Positions 38,104-51,975 of a stretch of DNA of 64,000 bases are shown piece by piece; positions within the stretch are counted from its first letter, which is position 1, and each line of letters starts with the position of its first letter. Under the pieces are notes generated by a model. The model had not been told where the DNA came from, did not search any database, and saw only the letters and a list, made by a program, of their open reading frames with translations. Position numbers and translations under genes: made by a program. Source of the stretch: Psilocybe cubensis (Eukaryota); NCBI GenBank assembly GCA_017499595.2, contig CM039000.1, positions 992,001 through 1,056,000 of the forward strand. Reading direction: 5' to 3'.

Positions 38104-39193
38104 GGACGCGCGTCGCGATCGCGTTCAAGACGCGTAGTTCGGGTGTGGGGTACAATAGGGCCCCGCCGGTGGGGCTTCATCATCTTTCGTCGTCATTTGT
38201 GATTCGATTTGATGGAGTATACGCGTCTTGAGAGGAGACAATACGGTTTGGATACATATTGCTCATTAACGGAAACCTTCCTATTTTCTTGTGGACTGCA
38301 TAGATCAACGGTGTATTGCTGTGTGATTTTTCTAGATAGTAACGTTATGTATGATGAATTTACCGAAGGGATAATTCGACGTCACGCGTCAAGTCGCGTC
38401 TTTGTTTACACTAATGAGTTATTCAGGGGCATGACATGTCTAACGGCGCGTTCTTGTTGTCGTCCTTTGTTGTTGTGCTAAGTACGCTTTTTACTCTCGC
38501 TGATAGTCTGCTCTTTTTCGAAGTCCGGTTCACGGCCATTCATACGACTCAGACATTCTCAATGTCTTTCAAGGCCTTCGAAATAGGCGTTCAGAAATGA
38601 GAAGAGCGCAAATGAACTTCGTTTCAGAAAGGCTATAGAAAATACAGAAAACGCGTACTACGACACAGAATAAATATAATCCAACAACAACAAAAAGCAA
38701 CCTCAGAATATACAGGAGAGAATACAAGTGGAAAGTCAAGAAATACAGTTGTGGCGAAGGGGTTTCTCTTTTGACCCGGTTTCGCGACAGGATGGGGTAT
38801 GATGAATAAGTTACAGAACAGAAAAGAATAATGATAATGAATAAAGATATGGGGGTGGGTGGATGTTGTTACACAGATTCCGAATGAAGAGAGACCTGAT
38901 GAAATAATACAAGTGGAAGCACTAGCCAGAGGAGCAGAAGGCAGAAGGCAGAGGCAAAGGGAGAAGCAGAAGCGGGAAGGAATACAAATCGGGAAAGTCG
39001 CCAAATAGAAGGGTAAAGACGACGATTTCCTGATAAACCGAAACAAAAGCCAACTTGAACGAAGGGTGAAGTAAAGAGATGGACCTGGACCTAGAGCTGT
39101 CCCCTAGAACCAAATACCGTGATTTTTGGACGCTAAGAGAAGGTGAAAAAGGTTGGCAGAGAAATGAAAGAAAAAGAAGTCAGATGCGGGCGT

Positions 39194-40664
39194 CTAATAA
39201 CTCAGATTGAATAATTCTTCGGCATCCATAGAGTAGATGGCCTCGGGAGTGGCGCCTGGCAGGTCGATAGGGGTACATCCAGTAGAATGGAGACCGTAGT
39301 CTGCCATACTCGACAAGTTTACGCCATTACCTGACTCGTCGTACTCTGGAATGGTGGGTACCGTGGAGCCAAGTGGAGAAGGGTCGGACGCCGAGTCCTG
39401 TGTGTTAGCATCAGATCCCAGTTCGTCACCCGCCGCTGTGGGTGCGGCGGCCTCTTCTGGATAGCTCTGGAGCTGAGGCATCCAAATATCGCCTTGTGCG
39501 CTGTAGTGACCCTGTCCCATGTTAAATAACTGGGATGGCGCGATGGGGTTGCCGCCGCTGGTGAATTCGGTGAGCATGGATCCGCCAGAGATGTCGATGC
39601 CAGAGAGGAGAGAGACTGAGGTCGACGAGAGGAACTGTGTTGGCTGTGGTACTGCCGCAACCATGCGCTCGCCATTCCAGTTGAGAAGGGAGGAACTGGA
39701 TGCCTGGAGAAGTCGGGGAAGGGGTGCTGGGGATACAGAGTATTCTCCTTGGGCGACGTCGGACATGATTCGCGTAGAAGTAGATAGATACTGTTCGAGT
39801 TCTCGTCAATGAACATGCTAAATTTCAGAGTATACAGGAACATACCTCTTGAGAGGAGCGCCTCTGGGTATCAGGGCCGACGGTCGAGTTTGAGATAGTA
39901 ATCCATCCTTGACTCGCAGTAGACCTCAAGCGTCGATGCTGCACTGGCTCCGTTTTCAGCTCGGGGACGGAAACGGATCGTCGAGGTCGCATTCTGTTCA
40001 TGGTAAGGTCGGCCACCGACGTATGACGCGTAACAGTGGGGGAAGCAGGCTCCTTATCGGACGCGTTGGGAGCTGGGACCTTCTCTGGAGAGCCACTCTG
40101 CTGTTTGTTGGGAGAGGAGCGCGTCTGGCGCCGTCGGCCTGCGGCACTTTTCTTGGGTCGGTATCTGTAGTCGGGATATCTACGCGCGTGCTCGTTCCTC
40201 TCGCCATTGGCGCGTTCCTTCCAGTAGAGACGCTCCTCCGGGGGAAGGTGGTGCCAGGCCTCGGCTGCCTGCTTGGAGAGAGTCTTCTCGGCCTCTGCAC
40301 CGGGAGGGCGTCTGACGCGCTTGCCCTCACGCGAATGCTTCCGGACGTAGTCGCAGCGGAACAAAATGAACTCGTTCCGGGGACGCGCGACCCACGACGG
40401 ATCAGCGTGTTTCCCGTGGCCTTCGACGCGTTTCTCGTTCGGAGACTCGCCGTCAGATGAAAGGGGCGAGTTGCTGGATGCAGGAGAGGTAGACTCGAAG
40501 TTTCTCGACGTAACGCGTCGCGGAGCGCGTCTAATAGGATTGGGCTCGGATATGTGGAACGTGGGGTTCTGGAGAGGGAGGAGAGGGCTCGAGGAGAGAG
40601 CGACGTCGAGGTAGTCCTCGTTGTCGGGAGGCGCCCATCCAAGTACGCGAGATAGTGAAGGCAT
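39194..40664 (-). CDS. MATA/SOX-type HMG-box transcription factor, 2 exons
   Basis: WVARPRNEFILFR...LSKQAAEAWHHLPPEERLYW...HARRYPDYRYRPKK; intron 39845-39791. Confidence 0.88.
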
Positions 40665-43009
40665 CGCGCTAATAATTGAGGGTTGGGTGGAAAGATAGAG
40701 TTGTAATCTATATCGCCCCTTTTCAAGCAGCACAGAATTCTACGCTGCTCAACCTAGTATAGATCTAAAGCTCGATCTCAGATGCTCAAGTGACCTCGAT
40801 CACGATCGCATACCCCAAATAGAATGCCAAGTAAATGTATATCCCGCTCGATGCTGTCTTCATCCCGGCCGGCCATCCATGCATATCGATGAATGCCAAA
40901 GTTCCTGCGCAGTTTTCCCACATCTGGAGAACGGTTTCGAGTGCAGCTGTGGTGAGAGGTCTACCACTCATCTCAGGCTCTCCTACACTGTCATAAGCTT
41001 TGGATTTCATACATTTCGATTGCATTTCGAAGGAAAACCGCGGTTGAGCTATTTTTAGCCTGTGCATTACACGATCATAAAAGACCCCTATTTCTCATTC
41101 CGTCTCTGTGTAGAATGCTCCGAGATAACCAAGAAAAAGCCTCGACCGCCATCGACTTTGCTGTGAACAAATAAAAACATCCAATGATAAGCAGCGAATT
41201 GGGGTCCGAGATATGGCAGAATGCAGGGAACTGAATGGTGATTACCTCTATGTGCAGTAAGCGCTCGTGGAACCCGTATGTCGAGTTGGCAACAAATAGA
41301 GTAGAGAGGGCGTTATGAATTCACAAATGAATAAGTTACCAGGCCGACTTGCAACTATCTTAAACCATCTCAGACTGGTTTGTATACAGACTCCAAGAAG
41401 AGGGATAGCAACACTACTCCTCTGCAGAATGAATTCCTCGAGCAAAACACAGATAAACACAAATATATATATAGTTCTACGATTACCAACCAAATGGAAA
41501 CAAAAGAAATGGATCCGAATGAGGTCATTTACACAGTAACCATGTAAATTATCAGTACACAGATTATAGGCCTCCGCTACTCATTTTTCGATCGTGACCC
41601 CATAATTTCGAGCCGGAACCAAATGTGGTAGCACACGTACTAGTCCTACATGGGCACTGACCGAGTCGTAATGTAATTGAACGCCGATTGCTCACATGCG
41701 CCAGCAAAACCAAATACAACCATCCAATCAGGTACATAATCAGTGGAGGCAAATAACCATGCCCATTCTTTACAACGTGCTGGGACTCGCAGAAAAAAAT
41801 CCTACCAGAGCGCAGGGAACTATGCTCATGTAATTTCCGAAATATTCGGTCTACTTCTTTGGGCATCACAGAAAGCAAACATGCGACCGTTCTGTACAAG
41901 AATCCTCCATCGGATCTAACAATAATTCAGAGAAAAATAATCGGCCAGCTTGAAGTTGAGAACCAGCCTCTGTTTGTACCTTTTCCAAATTTCTCGATGG
42001 GTAGATGATATGGTTTTGGAAGCCAATGAAGTGCCAAAAGGCATAGCAAGTAATTGACAACGAGCTAAAGCGAGGATGGTGATACTATTTAGCAGATTCA
42101 TTGGTCAATCTGTTATCGCCAGTGAGAGTGACCAGAGATCATAAGAGCCAAAGATGTTCCTGACAAGTAAAACAAAAAAAAAAAATTCTGTCGACAGCAA
42201 AGTATACACAGAGGAAGAGTTCTTTGGTCTGATTTACGTCAGTAAAAACCTAGGTGACGAAGGCATCATATCACCACCCAGCGTGCTCCAGGGGTAAGAG
42301 GCAGTCATAAACTTGTCACCACATTAAATATAATCGAACTGTCTTTGCCAAGTCGTGGAGAATCTTCATCCATAGAGAAAGCGCGACGTTTCGAAGAAAG
42401 GCCAATGAGAAGCGATTGTGTGTTCACAATCCGCAGAGTTTTAACCTTCAAAGGCTGGCAAGGACATAAAAGGGGTCCGCAGACGACTTTCAGAAAGTGC
42501 ACCTTACAGAAAGGCAGCTTTGACAGCCTATGCCGCAGAGGGACCGCCGCGAATGACACAGGTTCTTGACAGTCATCGAGCTGCGACGGGGACAAACCGC
42601 CGGAAACGTGAAGCCATCGCACCCGCTCGCCTCCGGTGGGCAAGGAAAGCGGTCACGTGAACGTCGGGTAATTGATGGTTGCCTAATTAAGACGCCTGGC
42701 ATGTGTCACTGAGAAAGAGCGGACTCAAGGCTGCTCGCTCCTCCTTTGTTATATTTACCCACCATCTGCTCGATGAGCTGGCCAACTTGAGAGACCATAA
42801 AGCCTGATGCGCTGAGTATCTCCAAAGGACCGCTATATTTCGACAAAACGCTTTTTCTTGTACCCTTTTTTCTCCTTTTCCACGGCATTTCACGAACCTT
42901 TGCACCGACGTCACTATCTAAAATTCTGGAACCCTCACAGGAGAAGCTGGAGAGAGATTCAGAGCAATTGAAGAGAACCTTTCTTACTAAACCCCATACC
43001 TTATTCCTT

Positions 43010-43913
43010 ATGAGCTCCATGGCCCACGAAAACGCAGCTTTAGTAGCTAAACGAGAAATACCCAAGATCAATGGATCAGCGACTGGTATGTCTTTTTCCC
43101 TAATTTGGATTGCGTGTGTATCAACCGTCAAATTGATATCTCTTTTTAAAAGCTTTCGTAGTCCTTGTGGTTGTTCTGGTCTTGATCATCCTTGTTGCAT
43201 GTTCAGCAATCGCTTACATCCTAAGAGCGGATATGGCGGAGGATGAAGAAGCGTTGACGCAGAGTAGTCGGGGCCGTTACCGGATATCGCGGGAAGGACA
43301 ATCATACCCTAAACGTTCAAGAAACTGGCTCTCAGACATTCTTCACCTTCCAAGGTCTCGTCAACGAAGCCCAAAAATGCGATCTGACAAACCCAGAATC
43401 GTCGTCGGGCACGCTGGGCAGGGCTGGATACCCGCAGGAAGTGGCAATGACTTTGATTTCGATTCCAGCGATAATCTGCCCTCTCAAAAGCGCAATCAGT
43501 CCACGCCTACAAAAACGCGGCTGGCTGATCAGGACACGTCGTCATTGGCGACGCCGCGGTCTTCTATTGCAGGCTCCCAACAACATGTATCTCGAATGTA
43601 CAGTTCGACGTCTGATGCTACATCGAGTGTGCGCTTTGACCCCCACAGTCTGCGTGGTCTTTCTTATGCAGACACTTCACTCTCGGCTCAGGGGATCATC
43701 CCCAGTATTCAATCACAACTTTATTCTCCGCCATCTTCTCCATCACTATCACCTATCCCGCATGATCCCAGTCAAACTCCGTTGACCACTTTAGAATCAC
43801 TAAAACACTCCAGATCCCTCGATTCTCTTGATGGGCCCAGTCAGCTTCTTGCTTCCACTCGTCCGTCGGTCCGAACCTTCGAAGGAGGGACAAAATTTAT
43901 TGAAGCCCTGTAA
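43010..43913 (+). CDS. Single-pass membrane protein with long Ser-rich cytosolic tail, unknown function
   Basis: Exon 1 MSSMAHENA...SAT, GTATGT..AAG intron, TM FVVLVVVLVLIILVACSAIAYIL, tail ending FEGGTKFIEAL*. Confidence 0.7.
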
Positions 43914-46900
43914 CTGTAAAACCAATTGGACTCCTCATTCCTTTTTTGTTTATTTTGTTTAAAGCTTTGCTTTCTTTGCTTGGACTTTCAATGCTCTCAT
44001 TATTCAGTAGTGTCTTTCTTGTACGAGTATTTCAATTGTAATTTACGCACGCAACTTTGTACAGTTCTTGTTTTCCAAAAACCTTTCACAGTTCTCGTCT
44101 GAATTAAACAGCCTGTCGGAAAGTTTTTGGTCCCTACTTATTGTGAAAGCACCCTTTTACTAAATAGCCGTTGATGAACCATGTGTCTCTCGATGTCTTG
44201 ATATGATTATGTGAAGACTTACGCGTTCTGAATAACATTTTCAGAATCGGGCAGACGTTGGCATTTTTTGATGATGCAGGTGGTGGGGGCCCTTATCTCG
44301 ACCGTGGACATATAAGAAGTTAGAATGGTCATCGTTAGTTAGTACAGCAACACCTTGACACCCACTTAAACGCTCCCCTAGCACCTCTGGAGCACTATGA
44401 AGAAGTACCCCATCTCACTAAATCACACTACGTAGCCGTGCATCCCAATGTCCGTACTGGTGATGTTCGACCATGTAGTAGCTGACGGCAGTGAATCATG
44501 ATGTACCTCTTCCAAAATGCTCATAAGATTACCGACACTGGATGTTGACTTATCTCGCAACTTGATTTTTCGAGATAGACCATGACCATGCAAACATGCA
44601 AACATGCATAACATGTAGATCCACTAGCAGATCATCACAATGTCACCTCAAACCTAAATAGACGGCATCAAAATTAAAACTTTGCCTCGCTGCTAATTTC
44701 AATATCAGGATAGGGGAAAAGGCTATACTCCGTTAATGAGAGGATGACGGTCACTCCAGTGGAGACAAACTTAGCTCTCTCAACGACGTGTTACTAACCC
44801 TCTGCCTTTCCGATATAAATGGTCTGGCTTTTACCTTTCGGAGGTTATGTTTTTGGGGTTTCTGTCATTTCATCCATTGCATATACCTCATCTATGACGG
44901 CACGGCTTCCTGTTCTGTTACCAGCTGATGGGTGCTTTCGAACACAGAAGTCGGAAAAACATCACACGGAGGCTAAACTTCAGCTTTCTTCTCGCCTTCT
45001 GATGACAGAGTAGAAGAGATAGTATAGAACCAACGAACCGCGCTAGAAAATCAAGATAAGAAAGATAAAATATCGATACACGAGGTGGTTGTATGGTCTC
45101 GTCATTTCTTTCTCATTCGAGTAATGAGGTGAGGGTCAAATGAGGAGATCAAATCGTGTCTGCATATTTGGTGTTGAGTTCACAGACTGGCACGTGCGCA
45201 AGTTCACGGGTAGAGACGCGACACCCATCATTTTGGCGGGTGTCCTCTTTCAACGTTCAACCCTCAACCCTCAGGAGCAAACTGGAAACGGAGAGCACGA
45301 CGCCCTGAATGATTCTATTTACTTCTCGAAGGGACCACTTTAGGGCGTGTACACGTCACAGGTATAACCCTCTTTCAGGCGGGTCTCAAATATTTCAAAA
45401 TTTATCTTATCATGGCGTCGTCTTCTACTCTTGCAAAGGCGCTAATCTGCACCAACGTGTCCCTACAGTCTCGGTGTCTTTTGTGCCACCTATGTCACTC
45501 AGGAACAAAGGGAAATGTGGCGCACTCTCGGACTGCACTGCGCAGGTACTATCGTTTGGCTTAGCTAATTGTTGCGGGATGTAGGTCGGAAGACCCTGAA
45601 CGCCCTGAAGAAGGTTGACATTCATTATCTGTCCTATTGCGTCTCTCAGAGCTAAACTCTATTTTTCTGCCTTCGTCAAACTGGACCATGCCTCTATGTC
45701 CTCATGTACACCGCCTTGAAATTCTATTGCGTGCTGCTCATGGTTAATCAATCTGGCGCCATCTGGTTTCCATCCCGAATTTACATGTCACAATTCCCCT
45801 GAGCTGATTTTTCACTACAAAATTTCTCCTATTCTAGTACTAGTTATTCGCTTCATCGGTCTCTGCTACTACTCAGGGTTTGACAATTGAATCGATCATC
45901 AAACTCAACTTCGACAGTCTCTAAATAGTACATTCAAACCGACCGCAGTTCACTCTAAGGCATCATTACGACACTGTGTATCCCCCACTGCATTCAGATT
46001 TTTGGGCAAGTTAAAAACGTATCCGGATTTCGGATGAAAGGCGAGCTCGTCTTTGTTTTTTTTGTCAAATCAGGCTTATTTTATTCGCTGTCGATGTAAG
46101 ATACAGATATCAAGACAACGTCAACAGTGTTCCAGGAGATTCCAGGTTAATATTTATGCCGACTCCCTTTGAGCCACAGAGTAAGCATGATCCACCGAGA
46201 TATACGATATATTAATGATACTGATATATCCTCCCATTCAGTTGCCCATGTGTCAATCCCCGAGTTGGTTACAGGTTTCCCGTTCCCCAGACATTGCATC
46301 TTAATTACCTTGCGCTTTCGGCTTGATGATCCAAGACCTACAACGGTTGCAAGATATCCCGCCCGTTTTGTATTCTCTTGAGCCGGTGTTGCGGACCGAC
46401 GCACAATGGTGAACAATGGTGAAAGGCCATGTACCTCCTCGTACCCGTCACAGGAACAAATAGACACGTTCCAAACGGCTTGCCATATGATAGCGCAATT
46501 CGCTTGCCACAAGGTTTTAGGTGTGTCATGATATGTGAGCTCATCGTGACCACAGCGCGTGCCTTTCTGATATATGCACACCGCATAGTACCACACCCTC
46601 TAAGCCACAAGGATTGCACCGGTGCCATATCCATAGATCAACTCACAGATATGGCACATTTCAATGTCATCCGCAAAGGGAACTTGTCTTTTTCTTTCAT
46701 CAGGTTTCTGATTATGCTACGATAACGCCTCGATGGCCGAGGAAAATTGAATGGCGAAACATGACTAGGACAGAGATACAGGATCTCATATTAGGAAAGC
46801 TCAAGACTAATTTGACGTGGGACAGATCGACGCACTCCGTTAGTCTTTCCATAGGATGGTAGACAAGCAAAGTATGTAAGGACAAGCCAGAACCTCCAGT

Positions 46901-49177
46901 AATTGTATCCAGGACTCAGTACCACAACAGGGCCCGCGGGGGACAATACCGGCGCTTGCCAGTGATAGGCACCTCGTTTAATGCCGCTTTATGATCTCAT
47001 CTTCCAATTTCAAAATTGAGCAGAGGTATCATGGGTACAGACGAGATCGAACCCGAACTTCGAAGGAAGGCTGGAGTTTGGCTGGGCCTCATGCGAGTTC
47101 GAAACTGCTTTTCGAATGTGTTGACATTTTATATTGGAGAAGCCCTTCCGTACTGACATAAGATGTACTTGCGATATACGGCGCCCGTCTGCTGCCTAGT
47201 GCCATTTTTCTTCTTGTCTAATGAGGGTTCCACTACAGCGCTCGGCCCTCTATGCTCAGCACCAAGGCTGTTTCAATTTACTATACATCATTTATACAAC
47301 ATAACTATCCTGACTGCTCCGGAGTCAAAAGCGCCTTTGGTGGATAGAATACCAAACAATTGGTTAAAAGACATACACCGCCGGTGTGTCCAGCTGGCCC
47401 TGAGTTGTACCGATTGGTATAGCATCATGAAAATTTCCAGTGTGCCCCTCTTCAGAAGGCAGAATTTGAGAACAGAAGCGAGAATTCACACAAATATCAA
47501 TCCATTTTATTTCACGGAAGAAGTAGATCGTACAGGTGCCTTTGACAGACCGTCACAGACGTAGTTTCCAAATTTCTAACCCTCTGCTCGACGACTACCG
47601 CAGTGCAGAAATACAATTCCGCTCTGTAGTCTCCGAACAATGCAATCACATACATCCATCTCGAAGGAGTGATATTTCCGACCAAAGCCTTGGATGGCTG
47701 AAGATGGAAACATTGTAACGGAAAATAATAACCTTGTTTCGTGCCCCACCAGTTGAAGGATATATCCGAGTAAATACCTACAGTGGACGTACGGTCTTTA
47801 ATGGGGGCGTTTGTTGCAAGTCCCGTTATCTCGGAGTCGGGCATGGGGATCCTTCTAAATCGCTGGATCTCGAGGTGATCCTGACCTTCATCCAGTGCTT
47901 CGCGGTTCTGAATCATGCCGTTACTACAGACTACATGAGTCGCCACTGCAGCTTGAGATTGCATATTTGGCAAAGCCTCATTAAACCTCCACTGATAATG
48001 AGTCTTGACAACCCGAGCCTTTCAGTCGAATTTAACCCAACTCGTCCGCCCATCCGTCCGCCCGTCCGTCCGTCCGAGCCCAAGAAGAGAATTAATCACC
48101 ATCTATCGATGATGAAACTCAAAACCTTCATCATACAATATAGATATCTATATAATGTGTCATGATTGTACTAGCCGCGCTGCTGCGTCGTCATCGGCGC
48201 CCCGTTAAGTGCTGAAATGAACTGTCCATTATTCTGTCAAAAGCCCCAAACCCGTCCAACACCAGCAGCCAGCCAGCCAGCCCATGAGGCTCCTTCCCAA
48301 ATTGGCGCGTTAAGGCCCCCTAGTACTACTAACGGGATTATTGAGCGCGAAAACGCGTGTACGTATTTTAATTCATGTTCGCCTTCAGTATATACTAGTA
48401 CGTCCGTAAAAACGTAATGTATGTACCAATAATACGTTCCATGCAGGCCAAAATAAGAACAGGTTCACACTTCGATAGTGACATATTGGCCGGTTTAGCT
48501 TCAGGGTTTACGAGGTAGATATGCGGCTATTTTTGCTTAGGATGGGCTTGAAAGTTGAGGAAGAATTGTTTGGATTGAATTTAGAAACCGTATATTAGCA
48601 TATCACCCCAAAAGCGAAAGTCGGAAAAAGCGTAACCGGAAGTGAATGGAAGTTATAGTAATAGTAAAAAGCGTGGATGAGAATATATGACACACAAGCC
48701 CCCCTAACGAGTGGTTAAATACTGTTACAGAAAAAAAAAACCAACAAAAAAGAAAGAAACAAATAAAAACCCATATGAAGTGTGAAAAGCGGATTCCGCA
48801 ATATTATATGTTATGCTGTGAATGTGATTGGAGATCGTGAAATGTGCGGGGGTTTGGATATGGACGAGCGGATAAAATGTGGGGGTATGCATCTGCGAGC
48901 AGACATGTCCTGGACATACTTACATAGTAGAGCAAAGACAAGCAACGATAGCACTGAAGAGCAACGATAGCGGAGAAACTTTTGATCGCCAGTTGATGGA
49001 GGGGTACCGCTGACGCGGCTGAGTAAAAAAGCGTTGATGTTAGAAGGGGACAAAACGACGAATCACCGTTGTTGACGGATGCAGATAACCAACTGCCTTA
49101 TACCAAGGCCGTCAGCGTGCGATCCACAACAAAGGTACGTCAACTTATGACTGTTGATTCCATCGGTGCCCCCCTCA

Positions 49178-51031
49178 TCAGAGAGTTTGAACGACGATAG
49201 ACGTATCGTCGATCCACGCCACATCCATGTCGAGGGTCAGTACTCTCGACACACCGAATCTGTCCTCGCCGCCCACAGCACGGCGAAGCAGCCTGAGAGC
49301 CATATTATCCTGACGAGAACCTGGTGCCGCGTCAGTCACAGTCTCCGGAGGGTTGCTGGATACCATGCCACGGGCCCAGCTTTCGATGATACGCTTCTGG
49401 CCTTCTCCATTGCACAGATCCGTAAAGCCATCAGATGCGAGAATGAGGAACCGGGGTAGTGGCGTGAGTGACTGCTGCTGCTGCTGTGAGGTCTTATTAC
49501 CCGACCAAAATAAGTTTTTGGTGATAGATGACCTGCTGCTGGATCTCGAGTTGTCCTCCGAAAGCGTCGTATTAGTGGGCGGCACGGAGGGGCACGCGTC
49601 ATCTCCATCTAATCGACGATGGATAATCTGTGGTTCGGCGGTGATGTAAGGCGGAGTTTGGTTGCGGACGAGGAACTCCTCCCATGGTGAGGTGTTGTGG
49701 AATCCCGGGAACAAATTATACAGGATGCGCCGAGTGAACGCGGGAGGCTGCTTGAAGGGGATGTCACCGAAACCTGCCGGGTACGTACACATAGTCCGAC
49801 GCCAGCAGTGTCAACAGATGAGGAGTCACGGTGGCGAAAGTGGAATATGAAGGAGATAATAAAAAAGAAAATACATGGAATCTCCGGTCAGATTGTCGTC
49901 CACAAGGAATATAAACTGAATAGAACATACATCTGGTTGGTGCGAGGGCGCCGAGGACTCTGCGGTCCATGATACATTCTGGTTCACCTGGATGGGTTTT
50001 TCTAACTCGGTCGAGTTCGGCGTCGTTATCCCCATTGTGGTTCGTAGTCAAAACTTCGATATTCCAGTCTTTCGCATTATTACCCGGAGATGCCATGACT
50101 GTAAGTGAGATGAGAATAAATCAGTAAAGCGATTGATACACGCGTATTTCCGCCCCGTCAAACAGTCGACGATGACAGGGTGACGCAAACAATATGACGG
50201 GGTTTGTCAAGGATGTATCCACGATCGCAGTAACACGGGGAAAGAAATTGCACTCACTGGCTTGACAATCCCCGAGGTTAGCAATCCAAAGATCCTTGTG
50301 CTCCGGGTCGACCAACGCAACCAACGCCGTAGTCCCATACATACAGAGTCTAGCCTTCCGCCAGTTTGCGCCGCCCTTGTGCTGGTCGTTGATGATTTCC
50401 CGGATTTGTGCGTCAGTGTACTCGGAAAGTTTGTCGACCGAACCGCCGAAGAGGTCCAGGACATCGTGCGCGATTGCATCGTCAAACGCCATGATTGCCT
50501 TTGTGAAAAGCTCGGATATTGATTCAGGAGTTAGTTTGCCAGGGCCGGACACACTCTCCGCCTCTCTCAAGAAGTCGCGAACGATGATGGGCAAATGGTG
50601 GGCAACGTGTTCAACCGTGACATCACCCAAATGACCTGTAAAAACAGGTAAACAACAGGAGTAAGGTATTGTCCACAAGGTGAGAAGCGGGCAAAAAAAA
50701 AGCATTGAAAACGGCCGGCAATCATGGACGCACCGTCAAAGACCCCCGTGAATGCCCAGAGCCGCCCATTCACCTCCAGCTGAGTGACCACATAGCGATC
50801 CTGCGTCTTCGTCGTAGGCGATGGCTGAAAGTTGATGCTGTCGGCCTTGAATTTCCCCTCTTTGCCGAGCTGCGAGGTCTGTGGTTTCGCGAGTGTCCTG
50901 AGCTCCCGCCAGAGCTCTCCCTCACTCAACACCTGATACGGCCGTGGCCAGGGTCCATCCTCAGGGCCACACCGGGAGCCTGGTATATCCTCCGAGTACG
51001 CCCAGTTATACGATGCGCGCTCTACAATCAT
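49178..51031 (-). CDS. PP2C-family phosphatase (pyruvate dehydrogenase phosphatase-like)
   Basis: QDRY, GVFD|GH, GTTAL, ANLGDCQ, PTR|CFGD, LILASDG, DDTSIVV; 4 exons. Confidence 0.88.
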
Positions 51032-51975
51032 AGCCAAAAACTGGTATACGCGACGAAGGGGTGGCAGCAGAATGGTGGGCGACAAAGCTTGCGCCTGGGT
51101 AAAAGCGAGAGAAAAAAAGAGTTGAGCTACTGGACGGCTGGGAAGAAAGGGAAAAAAAGGCTGTGGGTGTCGAGCTTTAAGGAAAAAGAGGCTCTACGGT
51201 GTAGTCAGCAAGGCTCGCCCACGCGACCGCAAGGTCCGATAAGACAGGCTTGAGAGTACGGTTCTTGAATCTTGGATAGACGGCCAGCAAATCTGCATCA
51301 CCTCCCTTGGATCTCTGATCACTCCCCGAGGATTGATATAACGCCGTCACGGGGGCAACCAGCTACCCTGAGATTCTAATTCCTTTCAAAACCATCCTAA
51401 ATCCGTCCGTATAATTATTTCTAGTGTGGGGTACCCCGACTAACGCTGCAAAACATTATCACGCGATGCAGGCACATTGCTTTCTTGTGTTGTTTCGTCT
51501 GCGAACCGACAGGCAATGGGGATACTGCCTGTCGCTTTGTCGGCGGTAATGAATGTTTCGGACATGAACAATGTCTTCTAGTTGGATTATAGCGAGACAA
51601 GCTGCTCGCACTACGTATACAGGTACATGTACAGCGAATAGGATAGTGTAGTACGAAAAAATGATTGGTGTTCCGATGAATGCTAAAAAGTGGTTAAATG
51701 AATGCTATGGAAGTGCAAAAAGAGATAGATGTGGATAGAACGACATGGCGTATAGTTCGAAATAAAGAGTCCAATGTTCCTCTAAAGTCGAGCGAAAGGA
51801 GAAAAAAAAACTAATAAATGAGATCACAAAGCAGCAAACAAACACGTCGGTCCGTCCGCCGTATCGGAAAATGACAATCCGTCATAAGGCCAAGGTGCAC
51901 GCCGCAAGAGTCAAGGACGAAGATCCTGCAATTTTTTTTTGCTTCATTTGCACAGCGGGGCGGTCCCTTGTTCGT

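Noticed and set aside
38104-38460. Cluster of CGCG/ACGCGT motifs
   Set aside because: Lies between convergent 3' ends, with no promoter context or other support.
47030-47110. GGTTCGATC on the minus strand resembling a tRNA T-loop
   Set aside because: The T-stem is poor and no D arm, anticodon arm or acceptor stem could be built.
44000-48800. Short ORFs (e.g. 46147-46596, 47512-47973) and a CCGT-type microsatellite near 48043-48076
   Set aside because: No recognisable motifs or consistent exon chain; may hold decayed genes but this cannot be supported.
49774-49930. Possible 7-nt poison microexon (AG|ATTCCAT|GTATTT) inside a 157-nt PP2C intron
   Set aside because: Weak GAG acceptor and weak donor; direct splicing already gives the conserved PTRCFGD.
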